Source: an uncultured cyanobacterium
GTDB taxonomy: Bacteria; Cyanobacteriota; Cyanobacteriia; PCC-9006; JAAUQQ01
Direction of reading: 5' to 3'
Length of the DNA stretch: 64,000 nt
NCBI GenBank assembly: GCA_963718615.1
Contig: OY970368.1
Location: forward strand, 5,248,001 to 5,312,000
The stretch's first letter is position 1, and each line of letters begins with the position of its first letter. A program made the translations under genes and the position numbers. The notes below the pieces were generated by a model. That model was not told the origin of the DNA. It saw only the letters and a list, made by a program, of their open reading frames with translations, and searched no databases. Positions 41,521 through 52,033 of the stretch are shown here, in pieces.

Positions 41521-41778
41521 ATAATTTCAACCGCACCCCGTACCGCAACGGATCGCCGTTTCTATCCCAGTCGCATTGATCTCAGTGCCGAGGTTCGTGC
41601 TCAGGTCATCAAGCACCTCAGCAAGACCCTCGCCACCACACTCGATTTAAAAACTCAGATCAAACAAGCCCACTGGAATGTGAAGGGGATGGATTTCTAT
41701 CAGCTTCATCTCCTCTTTGACGAGCTGGCGGGTGAAGCGGAAACGTTTGTTGATCAGGTTGCTGAGCGAAACCCATAA
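41521..41778 (+). pseudogene. dps: Truncated Dps (DNA-binding ferritin-like) remnant, not in ORF track
   Basis: Manual translation: (I)[84 protein letters not shown]. Has Dps HWNVKG/HLLFDE/D.VAER motifs; begins with ATA after an AAGGA Shine-Dalgarno; only ~85 codons. Confidence 0.88.
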
Positions 41779-42685
41779 AATTGCCATTGCTGCCAAAGCG
41801 GTGTTGCAAAAATTCGGTCAAAAGCTGCACCTTGGGGGATAGATGACGATTGACGGGGTAAAGGACGTAGAGGGTGAGCGATGACATTTCATACCCCGCT
41901 AAAACTCTGACCAGTTGTCCCGTTGCAACCTCTCCCCCAATGATAAATTCAGGTAACATGGCAATGCCTAAACCTTGTAACGCGGCGGCTTTAAGCACCT
42001 CCCCATTGTTAGAGCACAGCCGAGCCTGAATGGGAACGACAATGCTGTTTCCCTCACTCCTATCGCCGCTGCCTAAATGCCATTCATAGCGGTTTGCCAA
42101 GTGGCCATAATGTAGACATTGATGCGATCGCAACTCCTCTGGCGATTGCGGTAGACCCTGTCGCTGTATATAGTCAGGCGCAGCACAGAGCCAGATTTCG
42201 ATCGGGCCGATGGGGTGAATTACTAGGCTCGCAGCTTCTGGGAGCTGGGAGATTCGCACAAGCAAATCGTATCCTTCGGCCAGCGGATCGACCTGTCGAT
42301 CTTCCAGGGTTAGCTGTATTTGCAACGCGGGATATTGTTGCATAAAATCTGCGATCGCCGACCCCAAATACTGGGTTCCAAAGGTCATGGGTGCATTGAT
42401 GCGCAGTTGGCCTTGAGGTTCAGTCTGAAGCCGCGAAACGGCGAGTTCGGCTTCTTCTAAATCCGCTAAAATCTGCTTACAGCGAGTGTAAAACGTCAGT
42501 CCCGTAACCGTGGGAGTCACGCGACGGGTGCTGCGATGGAGCAGTTGTACCCCCAAGTCATTTTCTAGGGCAATGACCAGCTTGTTGACCGCTGAGCGAG
42601 ACAGCCCCATTTCCCGTGCCGCCGCTGCAAAGCCGTTGGCTTCGACCACTTGGGCAAAGGCTTGAAGGCTGGCGAACTTGTCCAT
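41660..42685 (-). CDS. LysR-family regulator (CrgA/DmlR-like) with a read-through C-terminal extension
   Basis: [10 protein letters not shown]...[15 protein letters not shown]...[15 protein letters not shown]; [10 protein letters not shown]. Start at ATG 42685; the last ~36 codons are antisense to the dps remnant. Confidence 0.9.
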   Translation of the reverse strand: MDKFASLQAFAQVVEANGFAAAAREMGLSRSAVNKLVIALENDLGVQLLHRSTRRVTPTVTGLTFYTRCKQILADLEEAELAVSRLQTEPQGQLRINAPMTFGTQYLGSAIADFMQQYPALQIQLTLEDRQVDPLAEGYDLLVRISQLPEAASLVIHPIGPIEIWLCAAPDYIQRQGLPQSPEELRSHQCLHYGHLANRYEWHLGSGDRSEGNSIVVPIQARLCSNNGEVLKAAALQGLGIAMLPEFIIGGEVATGQLVRVLAGYEMSSLTLYVLYPVNRHLSPKVQLLTEFLQHRFGSNGNFMGFAQQPDQQTFPLHPPARQRGDEADRNPSPSHSSGLV

Positions 42686-42767
42686 CGGCGGGTGGGGGTA
42701 AGTGGGTTGATGAGGGGATTGAGTTGGGTTGAGGGGATTGAGGGGGGTGAGGGAGAAGCAGTCAGAG

Positions 42768-45700
42768 CTAATCAACAGGACTGGGCGGATGCAGCAGCAG
42801 CACTTCTTTGAGGTAGTGGCCGGTGTAGGAGGTGGGATGGTTTGCCACAGTTTCTGGGGGGCCCGCAATGAGGATTTCGCCCCCGCGATCGCCCCCCTCC
42901 GGCCCCAAATCGATCACCCAGTCAGAACAACGGATCACATCGAGGTTATGTTCAATCACCAAAATCGAATTGCCTTTGTCCACCAACCGCTGCACCACAT
43001 CCAGTAATTTATGGACATCGTAAAACGATAGCCCGGTGGTCGGTTCGTCGATGAGATACAGGGTTTTGCCCGTGGCGCGGCGGGAGAGCTCTGTGGCCAG
43101 TTTGACCCGCTGGGCCTCGCCACCGGAGAGTGTCGGCGCGGGCTGACCCAGACGAATATAGCCCAGACCTACATCCACAAGGGTTTGTAGCCGATTGGCT
43201 GCCTGGGGAATATTTTCGCAAAAGGTACAGGCCTCTTCGACGGTCATGTTCAGCACATCGGCGATCGACTTGCCCTTATATTTCACCTGCAGCGTTTCCC
43301 GGTTGTAGCGCGCTCCCTTGCACACCTCGCACTGGACATAGACATCCGGTAAAAAATTCATCTCAATCACATTCACCCCCTGGCCCCCACAGGCTTCGCA
43401 ACGACCCCCTTTGACGTTGAACGAAAACTGGCCCGGTTTGTACCCCCGCGCCTTAGCTTCGACGGTGTTGCTAAACACATCGCGAATCACGTCGAAGGAG
43501 CCGGTGTAAGTCGCTGGATTGGAGCGGGGGGTGCGGCCAATGGGAGATTGGTCAATGACAATGACTTTGTCGATCGCCTTGATCCCGCGTAATTCTTCCA
43601 AATCCTTTGGGAAGGCAATCTTGCGGCCCAGGGAATTCTCCAGCGCCGGATGCAGCAGCTCATTCACCAGCGTCGATTTACCCGAGCCCGATACCCCGGT
43701 GACACAAACCAGCTTGCCGAGGGGAATCTCGACGGTGATATTGCGTAGATTATTACGCGTCGCACCCTGGAGGGTTAGCTTACGGCCATTGCCGGGGCGA
43801 CGGATGGCGGGGGTTTCGATTTTTTTGCGACCGGATAGATAGGCTCCAGTCAGGGACTCCTTGGCCTTGAGCAGCTTGTTCAAATCCCCTTGGGCGACAA
43901 TTTCGCCGCCGTGGATGCCCGCTCCTGGTCCAATATCCACAATGTGGTCCGCCGCTCGAATCGTGTCTTCGTCATGTTCCACGACGATCAGCGTATTGCC
44001 CAAGTCCCGCAGCTTGTGGAGGGTGTCGAGTAGGCGATCGTTATCCCGCTGATGGAGGCCAATACTGGGTTCATCGAGGACATAGAGCACGCCGGTCAGG
44101 CCCGCACCAATCTGCGTCGCCAGCCGAATGCGCTGGGCCTCGCCGCCAGAGAGGGTCATGGCCTTGCGGGACAGAGTCAGGTAATCCAAACCCACATCGA
44201 GCAAAAACTGGAGCCGAGCCCGAATCTCTCGCAGGACTAAATCCCCGATCATCATCTGCCGCTCCGATAGCAGCGGTTCTTCACGGTCTGCCTCTCCCGT
44301 CAAGCGCTGAACCTGGCGCAAACAGTCGCGAATCGAGGCGTGGGTAAAGTCCGTCACATTAAAGGGACCGATCCGCACCGCCAGGGAAGAGGGCTTGAGC
44401 CGGTGTCCCCCACAAACTTCACAGGCTTGATCGATGATGTATTTTTCGAGTTTTTGCTTATACACCTCTGACGAAGCTTCTCGGTACTGCCGCTCCAACA
44501 TCGGCAAGGCCCCTTCGTAGGGTCGCTTGTAGCCTTTTTTCTCGCGGTAGCGGGAGTCGGTTTCGATATAAATGGGTTCTTCGCTGCCGTGGATGATGAT
44601 GTGGCGTTGCTCATCCGTGAGGCTGTCCCAGGTTTGGTTGATTTCAAATCCGTAGGCTTTGCCGACGCTGTAGAGGAGCGAGAAGTAGTAGGTGTTGTCT
44701 TTGTCAGACCAGGGGGCGATCGCCGCATACACCGGCAAAGTCGGATCTGGCACAATCAGCTCTTCGGAAAACCGCCGCAGGGACCCAAGACCATGACAGT
44801 TCTCACAGGCTCCGTAGGGAGAGTTAAACGAAAATAGACGGGGCGACAGCTCCTCCATCACCGCGCCATGCTCAGGGCAAGCAAAATTCTCCGAAAAGAC
44901 AATTTCGTTCGGGAGGGTATCCTCAAGCTGGGTTTGGGATTCGGCGTCGTAGTTCCCCGCCCCCTCCGCTGCCCGCTTGCCACGCTTAGTCTCCAAAGAC
45001 ACGACCTTGTCCGCTGGAGCGGTGTCTGACGCTGGCTCAGTTCCCGCAGATTTTTCCTTCTTGCGTTTGACAATCTGGACAATGGCAATCCCATCGGAAT
45101 GTTTCAAACAGGTGGAGAGCGAGTCGACCAAGCGTTCCTGGATGTCCGGCTTCATCACCAGTCGATCCACGACGATTTCAATGTCGTGAAACTGGTTTTT
45201 ATCCAGTTCGATCGAATCGCTCAGCTCCCGCACCTCGCCATCGATCCGCACCCGTGCGAAGCCCTCGGCGGCCAGACTGGAGATTAATTTTTTGTGGGTC
45301 CCTTTTTTACCCCGCACGACAGGGGCCAGAAGCTGAAACCGGGTTTTTTCGGGCAGTTCGAGAATGCGATCGACCATTTGATCAATCGCCTGGGGCATAA
45401 TGGCGCGATCGCAATGGGGACAATGGGGCTCTCCGGCCCGACCAAACAACAGCCGCAAATAGTCATAGATCTCTGTCACTGTCCCCACCGTGGAGCGAGG
45501 GTTATGGGACGTGGACTTTTGGTCAATGGAAATCGCCGGACTTAGCCCCTCGATCGAATCCACATCGGGCTTATCCACCTGCCCGAGAAATTGCCGCGCA
45601 TAGGCACTCAGGGACTCCACATAGCGACGCTGGCCCTCCGCGAAAATCGTATCAAAGGCCAGAGAAGACTTGCCCGAACCCGAGACCCCCGTAAAGACGA

Positions 45701-45854
45701 TGAGCTGGTCGCGGGGCAGATCCAGGTGAATATTTTTGAGATTGTGTTGGCGGGCTCCGATGACGCGGATGAAGTCCCGCTGCCCCCCTTTTCTTGCAGG
45801 ATCACTTTTCTTCCGAGTCGAGTCCGATTGGGCCGACTTCGCCGACTTAGCCAT
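42768..45854 (-). CDS. uvrA: Excinuclease ABC subunit A
   Basis: [10 protein letters not shown], two GVSGSGKS Walker A motifs, two LSGGEAQR signatures, zinc-finger CxxC pairs. Confidence 0.98.
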   Translation of the reverse strand: MAKSAKSAQSDSTRKKSDPARKGGQRDFIRVIGARQHNLKNIHLDLPRDQLIVFTGVSGSGKSSLAFDTIFAEGQRRYVESLSAYARQFLGQVDKPDVDSIEGLSPAISIDQKSTSHNPRSTVGTVTEIYDYLRLLFGRAGEPHCPHCDRAIMPQAIDQMVDRILELPEKTRFQLLAPVVRGKKGTHKKLISSLAAEGFARVRIDGEVRELSDSIELDKNQFHDIEIVVDRLVMKPDIQERLVDSLSTCLKHSDGIAIVQIVKRKKEKSAGTEPASDTAPADKVVSLETKRGKRAAEGAGNYDAESQTQLEDTLPNEIVFSENFACPEHGAVMEELSPRLFSFNSPYGACENCHGLGSLRRFSEELIVPDPTLPVYAAIAPWSDKDNTYYFSLLYSVGKAYGFEINQTWDSLTDEQRHIIIHGSEEPIYIETDSRYREKKGYKRPYEGALPMLERQYREASSEVYKQKLEKYIIDQACEVCGGHRLKPSSLAVRIGPFNVTDFTHASIRDCLRQVQRLTGEADREEPLLSERQMMIGDLVLREIRARLQFLLDVGLDYLTLSRKAMTLSGGEAQRIRLATQIGAGLTGVLYVLDEPSIGLHQRDNDRLLDTLHKLRDLGNTLIVVEHDEDTIRAADHIVDIGPGAGIHGGEIVAQGDLNKLLKAKESLTGAYLSGRKKIETPAIRRPGNGRKLTLQGATRNNLRNITVEIPLGKLVCVTGVSGSGKSTLVNELLHPALENSLGRKIAFPKDLEELRGIKAIDKVIVIDQSPIGRTPRSNPATYTGSFDVIRDVFSNTVEAKARGYKPGQFSFNVKGGRCEACGGQGVNVIEMNFLPDVYVQCEVCKGARYNRETLQVKYKGKSIADVLNMTVEEACTFCENIPQAANRLQTLVDVGLGYIRLGQPAPTLSGGEAQRVKLATELSRRATGKTLYLIDEPTTGLSFYDVHKLLDVVQRLVDKGNSILVIEHNLDVIRCSDWVIDLGPEGGDRGGEILIAGPPETVANHPTSYTGHYLKEVLLLHPPSPVD

Positions 45855-45937
45855 CAGGGCACCATGAAACGATCCTTAACGATTTTAAAGGGTCAGCGAA
45901 GAATTTGGGTTGGGTCCCCGCTGACTCGCTTGCCCGC

Positions 45938-46864
45938 TTACAGCCGCGTCCGCCAACGACGACGAGCCTGAGCCCCACGGGCGCGACGCGATCGCTCCTG
46001 CTTGAGGTTAACGACATAGGGCAGCGCTTGATTTGACGGGGGCCAAGTTTGATGAATCAATACCCCGAGGAGCGGTACCGTGATTCCCACAATCACAAAC
46101 CCCACCCAGGTTGCATTTTGAATAGCCGTCATCGTGGCTTGGGCGCTGCTGGCCTTGTCTCCAAACAGGTCTAAGGTAATCAACAGCGCATTGTTAAGAA
46201 CATGACAAAAAATGGGAACCAGCAGCGTCTGGGAGCGGATATAGAGCAAGGCCATCACAAGACCAAACACCACCATGCCCACCGGATTGAGGTGAAAGCA
46301 GCCAAAGATCAGCGAAGACATCAGCAAGGCGGGATAGAGACCCCACTGACTCGACCAGCGTTGCAGCAAAATGCCCCGAAAGAGCACTTCTTCGACCACC
46401 GGAGCCAACCCCACAACCACTAAAACCTTGAGGATTTGGGCTAACCAAAAGCGATCGGGAATCACCCCACTCTGGGAGGAATCTAGCATTCCCCCGGTCA
46501 ACTCTGGATTGAGTCGTGACAGCAAGCTCATCCACAGCAAAAATGCTCCTAGGGAGAAGAGCAGCAGCAGCCCAACCACCGCCACAAGCCGAGGCCAGCG
46601 TCGCAACCGGGTTTTGGGGCCGACCACCGCCGTGAGCGAAATCGAGCGGCGCTGGCAAAACCTCAGCAGCCAAGCCCCGAAGCCGCCGTAGAACAACAAA
46701 AACAGTAGGGGCCAAAACAGCTCTTCCATGGGCAAAAGCCAACCCAGCAAGAACTGCAGCAGCAGCGCAAGGACCAAACTCGCAAAAAAAATTGCTGTGG
46801 CTCCAAGGGCCACATCGCGAACCTGAAACGCCTGAAAAGGGCTCTTGATCGCCACCGAAGACAT
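45938..46864 (-). CDS. CPBP/Abi (CAAX protease-like) intramembrane metalloprotease
   Basis: APVVEEVLFRG, FGCFH and HVLNN motifs; multiple TM helices. Confidence 0.9.
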   Translation of the reverse strand: MSSVAIKSPFQAFQVRDVALGATAIFFASLVLALLLQFLLGWLLPMEELFWPLLFLLFYGGFGAWLLRFCQRRSISLTAVVGPKTRLRRWPRLVAVVGLLLLFSLGAFLLWMSLLSRLNPELTGGMLDSSQSGVIPDRFWLAQILKVLVVVGLAPVVEEVLFRGILLQRWSSQWGLYPALLMSSLIFGCFHLNPVGMVVFGLVMALLYIRSQTLLVPIFCHVLNNALLITLDLFGDKASSAQATMTAIQNATWVGFVIVGITVPLLGVLIHQTWPPSNQALPYVVNLKQERSRRARGAQARRRWRTRL

Positions 46865-46970
46865 AGGGAAAGATGCGGAGCTCCCAGACAGAGGACAAAC
46901 AATCAAAGGGGTAGCTGCACCATCGCCCTCGTCAGTTTTGGCTGGAGATAGGGGGCCAGACTGAGAGGCG

Positions 46971-47276
46971 TTACATCATACGTTGCTGTTCTTCTAGCAG
47001 ATCCATGAGATCTCTCTGACACTGTAAGGGTACCAGGTCTGCAAGGGAAATTTCGTTTCGTCCTCCGCCAATTTTGATAGGAAAGTCTTTCAACACCGCT
47101 TGAACGGCATCGGCACTCAGGCGCTTTTCTTCTAACAACCGGTAGAGCGGCTCGGCCAAAGCCGTATGGAGCTTGGCATCTTTGAGGTACAGATGCCATT
47201 TGGCAACATCTAAATAGACGACACCACCAATTTCGGCGGCGAAGGATTCAATAAACTCGGCATTGTGCTTAGCCAT
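46971..47276 (-). CDS. DUF3181-family protein
   Basis: AAEIGGVVYLDVAKWHLYL.DA.L...IGGG...L.DL.P; start at MAKH (47276). Confidence 0.78.
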   Translation of the reverse strand: MAKHNAEFIESFAAEIGGVVYLDVAKWHLYLKDAKLHTALAEPLYRLLEEKRLSADAVQAVLKDFPIKIGGGRNEISLADLVPLQCQRDLMDLLEEQQRMM

Positions 47277-47302
47277 AGAACTTCTCCCAGAGAAAATGAG
47301 GT

Positions 47303-47560
47303 TTAGGGGGAGGGCTTCTGGGGGGAATAGTTGGCGATCGCAAACACATACAACCCATGGGCTGCTAGCGCCAGCGCCCATCCCCCCGAAACCCAGCTGA
47401 GGTGCTGCCAAGGATGAGATAGATTTTGAAAAAACCAGAGTCCCGAATTCACCGCAGCAAACAGGGCTACATGAACGGCAAAATTCATGATGTCTTCCAA
47501 GCGGCGGAATTCTAAATCGGCACGATCGGGTTTACGGGGCCAACGGGGAGGCATAGACAA
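47303..47560 (-). CDS. 2TM-domain small membrane protein
   Basis: MPPRWPRKPDR...FRRLED.MNFAVHV..F...NSGLWF...IANYS, a conserved cyanobacterial pattern. Confidence 0.78.
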   Translation of the reverse strand: MSMPPRWPRKPDRADLEFRRLEDIMNFAVHVALFAAVNSGLWFFQNLSHPWQHLSWVSGGWALALAAHGLYVFAIANYSPQKPSP

Positions 47561-47908
47561 TCCAGATCCACTACGGCCCTATTTTCCTATGAAGCGGCCC
47601 TCTTGTCGGGTCGTCTAGGCAAATGGCCTGCCTTCCAAACGGCCCCGGACTATATAGCCCCGGACTATTGGGCGACACACATAATATTCACGGTTTCTCT
47701 ATATTGTTCGCATCCTTCAACGGAAAGATTGTTGTTCCCTTCGCCACATGGCTGAAAAGAGAACCCAGATTTTCAAGAAGCCCTGACGCCTGAAAAACCT
47801 ACGGGCAAAGAATCATCAAAATTGTGAAGAGTTCCCAAAGCTTGGGCAGATCCACGGACGAGACCCGAGTCATCACTATAGAATGCCTTAGACAGCTATT
47901 TTCACGGC

Positions 47909-48553
47909 ATGGGCAGTCATACACCCCGACTCAAGTGGGCAATGACTCCCTGGACGTACTCCGGGAATTTGCCTAGGGTGGTCTCGGCTTCAGTCTTGAG
48001 GGTTAGAGGAATTTCGGTGAGTATCACACACCTGCGGCGAAAAAAGAAACGCTTCTGGAACTCCCATTTGGCGATCGCGGTTTTTCCTTCCGCATCCACC
48101 GCCTTTATGGCCTATCGTTTGCTTCACTACCACGGGGTTTCCCCAGAAAATCTCGCCCTAGTGGGAGATGGTTATAGCAAGCCAGAAACAGTTGGCCTGA
48201 CGGAGTCCAGAGGAATGCTACGGCGGCGTGCCAAGGGGTTTGCCTTTGCGGGTAGCTTGTTGGCTTCTGCCCTAAGCTTTTCCGTGGCAGGGCTCTTGCA
48301 TGCCAGCTCAACCTTTAATCTTTCTCTGGTGCTTTTATTCGTTGTGCCAGCCGCTGCTGCCCTTGGGGCCTGCTTGGGCGTATTTTCTGCTTGGCTTGCC
48401 CATCGATTTGGCGAACTCGGGCGTCTGAGTATCTATCGGCACCACCTCCATCAGGGGCATTATCTGCTCATGATTGAAGGAACCGAGAAAATTGTGCGTT
48501 TAAGTCAAGAAGTCCTCGGTCAATACGCGGCTCCTCGGTCCCAAAGTCGTTAG
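47909..48553 (+). CDS. Hypothetical membrane protein (two TM segments)
   Basis: AVFP..STAF.AYRLL...G.SPENLALVG, two hydrophobic helices, YRHHL..G.YLLMIEG; start uncertain. Confidence 0.7.
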   Translation: MGSHTPRLKWAMTPWTYSGNLPRVVSASVLRVRGISVSITHLRRKKKRFWNSHLAIAVFPSASTAFMAYRLLHYHGVSPENLALVGDGYSKPETVGLTESRGMLRRRAKGFAFAGSLLASALSFSVAGLLHASSTFNLSLVLLFVVPAAAALGACLGVFSAWLAHRFGELGRLSIYRHHLHQGHYLLMIEGTEKIVRLSQEVLGQYAAPRSQSR

Positions 48554-48558
48554 GCTGC

Positions 48559-48654
48559 CTAGAAAGCACCAATGAAGAACAGCAATGTCAGACCACCGAT
48601 GAATCCTAGGGCGATCGCCCCAATCGTGTCATAGGGTGCGTGGTTTACTCCCAT
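48559..48654 (-). CDS. Putative 31-aa single-pass membrane peptide (not in ORF track)
   Basis: MGVNHAPYDTIGAIALGFIGGLTLLFFIGAF*; ATG start, GAG upstream, AT-rich region 5' of it, stop 5 nt from the convergent gene. Confidence 0.55.
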   Translation of the reverse strand: MGVNHAPYDTIGAIALGFIGGLTLLFFIGAF

Positions 48655-48962
48655 TGATCTCAATTTGAAAACGGGTATAAATTAACAATAGATTGACAAT
48701 AGATCGATAACTGGATTGATATTTAGCATTAAAAATTCGTCTTATTTAATCTCTTTTGTTTAGAATGGTTATGCTAAAAAGTTGAGTCTCTGGCTCATTG
48801 GAACAGTTTGAGCAGAGCGAGCCATAGCCAACGTCAGGGTGGGGATGCGTAATAACAAACCATCGCTTTGTGGTTTTCCCCGCTCGAATCATTCCTGCGA
48901 TCCTGCTACAGTGAACCAAGACTCATACAACTCAGGGATTTTGCGCAATCGAGCGAGGAACA

Positions 48963-49379
48963 ATGGCAGATCAAAATCATCAGTACGACGTTCAAAAAAC
49001 TGAAGCAGAATGGCGGGAGCAGCTTTCGCCCGAGGCCTTTCGGGTCCTGCGAAAACACGGCACAGAGCGTGCATTTACGAGTCCGCTGGACAAAATCTAT
49101 GAGCCGGGGCTGTATGCTTGCGCCGGTTGTGGACAACCCCTCTTTGATGCCGAAACCAAGTTTAATAGCGGTACAGGCTGGCCGAGTTTTTATGCACCCC
49201 TGAGCGAAGAGGCCATTGGCACAACAACCGATCGCTCCTTTTTTATGGTACGAACGGAGGTCCATTGCAGCCGTTGTGGGGGCCACTTGGGGCATGTCTT
49301 CGAAGATGGACCCAAACCTACCGGATTACGCTACTGCATGAATGGGATCTCAATGACCTTTGAGCCCCGTCCCGAATAG
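48963..49379 (+). CDS. msrB: Peptide-methionine (R)-S-oxide reductase
   Basis: GTERAFT, CAGC, KFNSGTGWPSF, RTEVHCSRCGGHLGHVFEDGPKPTGLRYCMN. Confidence 0.97.
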   Translation: MADQNHQYDVQKTEAEWREQLSPEAFRVLRKHGTERAFTSPLDKIYEPGLYACAGCGQPLFDAETKFNSGTGWPSFYAPLSEEAIGTTTDRSFFMVRTEVHCSRCGGHLGHVFEDGPKPTGLRYCMNGISMTFEPRPE

Positions 49380-49393
49380 ACTCTTTTGGTCAT

Positions 49394-49438
49394 AAAACCC
49401 AATCTCGCCGGAGTAACGACCGCATGGGATTGGGTTTT
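49394..49438. terminator. Hairpin between convergent msrB and SDR genes
   Basis: AAAACCCAATC ... GATTGGGTTTT inverted repeat. Confidence 0.65.
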
Positions 49439-49465
49439 GTTTGGTCAACTGTCAGTGCGCATCTT

Positions 49466-50230
49466 CTACTGGGCCGTCATGCCGCCATCGGCGGTAATAA
49501 TCGAGCCAGTCATAAAAGAGGCTTCATCGGAAGCCAAAAACAGAGCCAAATGGCTGATTTCACGGGGCTGACCGGGCCGTCCAATCGGTTGAAATAAATC
49601 CATCGAAGCGTAGACCTGATCGAGGCCACCCAATAATTCGGCATGGGCATAGTTAATAGGCGTATCGACCCAGCCAGGGCAAATGCAGTTGCAGCGAATT
49701 CCTTGCTTGGCGTAATCGAGGGCAATGCCCCGCGTTAGCATGACGATGCCGCCCTTAGAGGCAGAGTAGACGCTCAGAAAGGGCTCAGAGACCAGACCGT
49801 TGACACTGGAAATGTTGACGATGGAGCCTCCCCCTTGCTGGAGCATAGAGGGAATCGCGGCGCGACTACCGTAAATGGAGCCTTTAAGATTGACATTTAA
49901 GGTGCGATCGATCTCGGCATTGCTGACTTCATGAAAGACGCCCGGCAGATTGACCCCGGCGTTATTCACGAGGACATCAATCCGGCCATACTGGTCTACA
50001 CAGGCTTGAACGAAGGCTTCTACTTGCTCCGGATCGGCCACATCGGCAGTGAAGGCGAAGGCTGTAGATCCGGCCTGTTGAATCCGCTGGGCGGTGGCGC
50101 TCGCGGCTTCTGTGTTGATGTCTACACAAACGACTTTCCCCCCTTCTTCGGCTAGCCGTTCGGCGATCGCCTGACCAATCCCTGACCCGGCTCCCGTTAC
50201 GACACAGGCTTTATCCTGCACTCTTCCCAT
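49466..50230 (-). CDS. Classical SDR-family NAD(P)-dependent oxidoreductase
   Basis: TGAGSGIG, NNAG, YSASK, ICPG.VDT, DGG. Confidence 0.93.
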   Translation of the reverse strand: MGRVQDKACVVTGAGSGIGQAIAERLAEEGGKVVCVDINTEAASATAQRIQQAGSTAFAFTADVADPEQVEAFVQACVDQYGRIDVLVNNAGVNLPGVFHEVSNAEIDRTLNVNLKGSIYGSRAAIPSMLQQGGGSIVNISSVNGLVSEPFLSVYSASKGGIVMLTRGIALDYAKQGIRCNCICPGWVDTPINYAHAELLGGLDQVYASMDLFQPIGRPGQPREISHLALFLASDEASFMTGSIITADGGMTAQ

Positions 50231-50272
50231 ATAAAGACCTCACAAGGATTTCGCTTTCCGCTTGTATTTATA

Positions 50273-51244
50273 TCATCGGGCTTTTTGCACAGCCAATCCA
50301 TCACACTGACCCGACTTAAAAATTCTACTGGCAGAACTCAAACAGGCTTGAGTGGCTGAATGCTTGTCCAAAACAATCTGATATTGAACCGAGTCTCCAC
50401 CATTCAGCACTTGGGGAGCCAATCGGGTTCCTTCAACACCGTCAGTAACCTCTAATAATGCCTCAAGGGTAAATGTTTCACCGACCTTTGCCTGAAAGGA
50501 ATAGACCCACTCGCCCTCTCCTAGTTTCTCTTCTTCTACCTGAGGAATAATGGCTTTAGCCTGAGCGAGCTCGGGCTCGACTTTCGGCGGGGTTGCCTTA
50601 GCGAGGGAAAAGCTCAGATCGGGAATGGCTGCTCGGTTAATATAGGTTGTCGATCGAACCTGATAGTGAGCATAGTCCGTTAGCGGATTACCAAAGCCAC
50701 CCATCTCACGCTTGAGTTGGATGGTGACAGGGGTTCCCATCGGCAAGTGATCAGACGTAATTGAAATTGTATCTCCCCACAGTAAACGGACAGAGGCTTT
50801 TGCTGAGGCATCGTCCTGAAGGGCATTGATTTGCATGAGCTCTGTTTTCTCTAGAAAACCAATGCGGAGGTGATCAATTCGATGAATAGAATTTACGAAA
50901 TTCCCATCCCGATTATCAATATTCTTTTCATCAAGATTTGGCCAATTTTGCCGCAGATTGAGGCTAGCTAGTCCTGGAAAGAGTCGATCGGCAAATTCGG
51001 GTGTAGCTACCGTTTGATTACCTAATTTAGCCCTATTACTTCTGTTGTAGCCAGTGTAATAGTCTGCGGATTGACATTGAGACTGGCAGAACGCAAATTT
51101 AGGGCGATCGCCAACCCGAATTTCAGTATCAACTTCTGTCGCTTGGGCCTTAGAACTAACGGCAAATCCTGGCAGATCTGTTCCAAGTCCGAACACCAGC
51201 ATTAGCAAAGACAAAGACTGATAAGTCCAGCGTTGGCGGCTCAC
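50273..51244 (-). CDS. Secreted hypothetical protein
   Basis: Signal-peptide-like N-terminus (…AQA), beta-rich body, two Cys pairs; no family recognised. Confidence 0.65.
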   Translation of the reverse strand: MSRQRWTYQSLSLLMLVFGLGTDLPGFAVSSKAQATEVDTEIRVGDRPKFAFCQSQCQSADYYTGYNRSNRAKLGNQTVATPEFADRLFPGLASLNLRQNWPNLDEKNIDNRDGNFVNSIHRIDHLRIGFLEKTELMQINALQDDASAKASVRLLWGDTISITSDHLPMGTPVTIQLKREMGGFGNPLTDYAHYQVRSTTYINRAAIPDLSFSLAKATPPKVEPELAQAKAIIPQVEEEKLGEGEWVYSFQAKVGETFTLEALLEVTDGVEGTRLAPQVLNGGDSVQYQIVLDKHSATQACLSSASRIFKSGQCDGLAVQKAR

Positions 51245-51760
51245 GAGTAATCTAAATCTCCTAGTACAGGATTGTAGTGATCAGTCGTAGAAAACCCCTG
51301 TCCCTAATGCAAAGCAAAATCAACCCGCAGAGATACTAATAATGCTCTTGTTGTATGTTTTCTCTGTCGTACAAGACTAGATAGTCACATAACGTAATCT
51401 GCTTCGCTGCACGATTGTTTGCATCGCGATTGTCATATAGGTATGGTTCCCCATAGCCAAGCCTGTCATACCACTTTGGGATGAGGTTCGCCATTAAAAC
51501 ATAGGTTTAATGCATCTCTATAGTTAGAATCTATATGAAAACAAATGGATAATTTTCTAGCATAGAAAAACGAACTCCATTGGTTTCTAACTTTCATCTC
51601 TATCTATTGCCTCTCTAATATGAGAATTAATCAAAATTCGAGTTATATTCTGACCAAAAATTGATCTCATATGATATCAGTCGAAAATCTCCTTTATGGA
51701 AAGAGTAAAACTGGAATTTAATCCATAATCTTGAAATGAATTTCTTCTGTATTTTTGCAG

Positions 51761-51786
51761 AAAACCAATGGATTACCATTGGTTTT
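51761..51786. promoter_or_regulatory. Perfect 11-bp inverted repeat (operator-like)
   Basis: AAAACCAATGG-ATTA-CCATTGGTTTT in the divergent intergenic region; a further CCATTGGTTT half-site at 51577-51586. Confidence 0.5.
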
Positions 51787-52033
51787 TTCAGTGTTAATAG
51801 CTATTCCTTTTACCTGAGATTTATCATATTCAATTTTGTTTATTCATAGTTTGCGGATTGGGTAGTCTAGCTTCTGTATGTGGAGATAAGGAAAAAAGAT
51901 TGTGCCATCTGTTGTATGGCTGAAGCCCCCTCACCACAAAAGCATACTTTTCCATTTCAAGTCTTTGAGGTCTAAAGTCTTGGCTTAGCACAGTCTCATT
52001 TTTCTCTCATTAGGCGACATCTGGTACGAACCC

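Noticed and set aside
42686-42868. N-terminal extension of the LysR ORF
   Set aside because: Overlaps the uvrA 3' end and translates G-rich short repeats; the LysR HTH begins at ATG 42685.
46194-46898. 234-aa alternative-frame ORF
   Set aside because: Overlaps the CPBP protease gene on the same strand, which carries the conserved EExxFRG/FxxxH/HxxNN motifs.
47642-47668. 12-bp direct repeat GCCCCGGACTAT x2
   Set aside because: Only two copies in intergenic DNA; could be simple slippage, with no supporting context.
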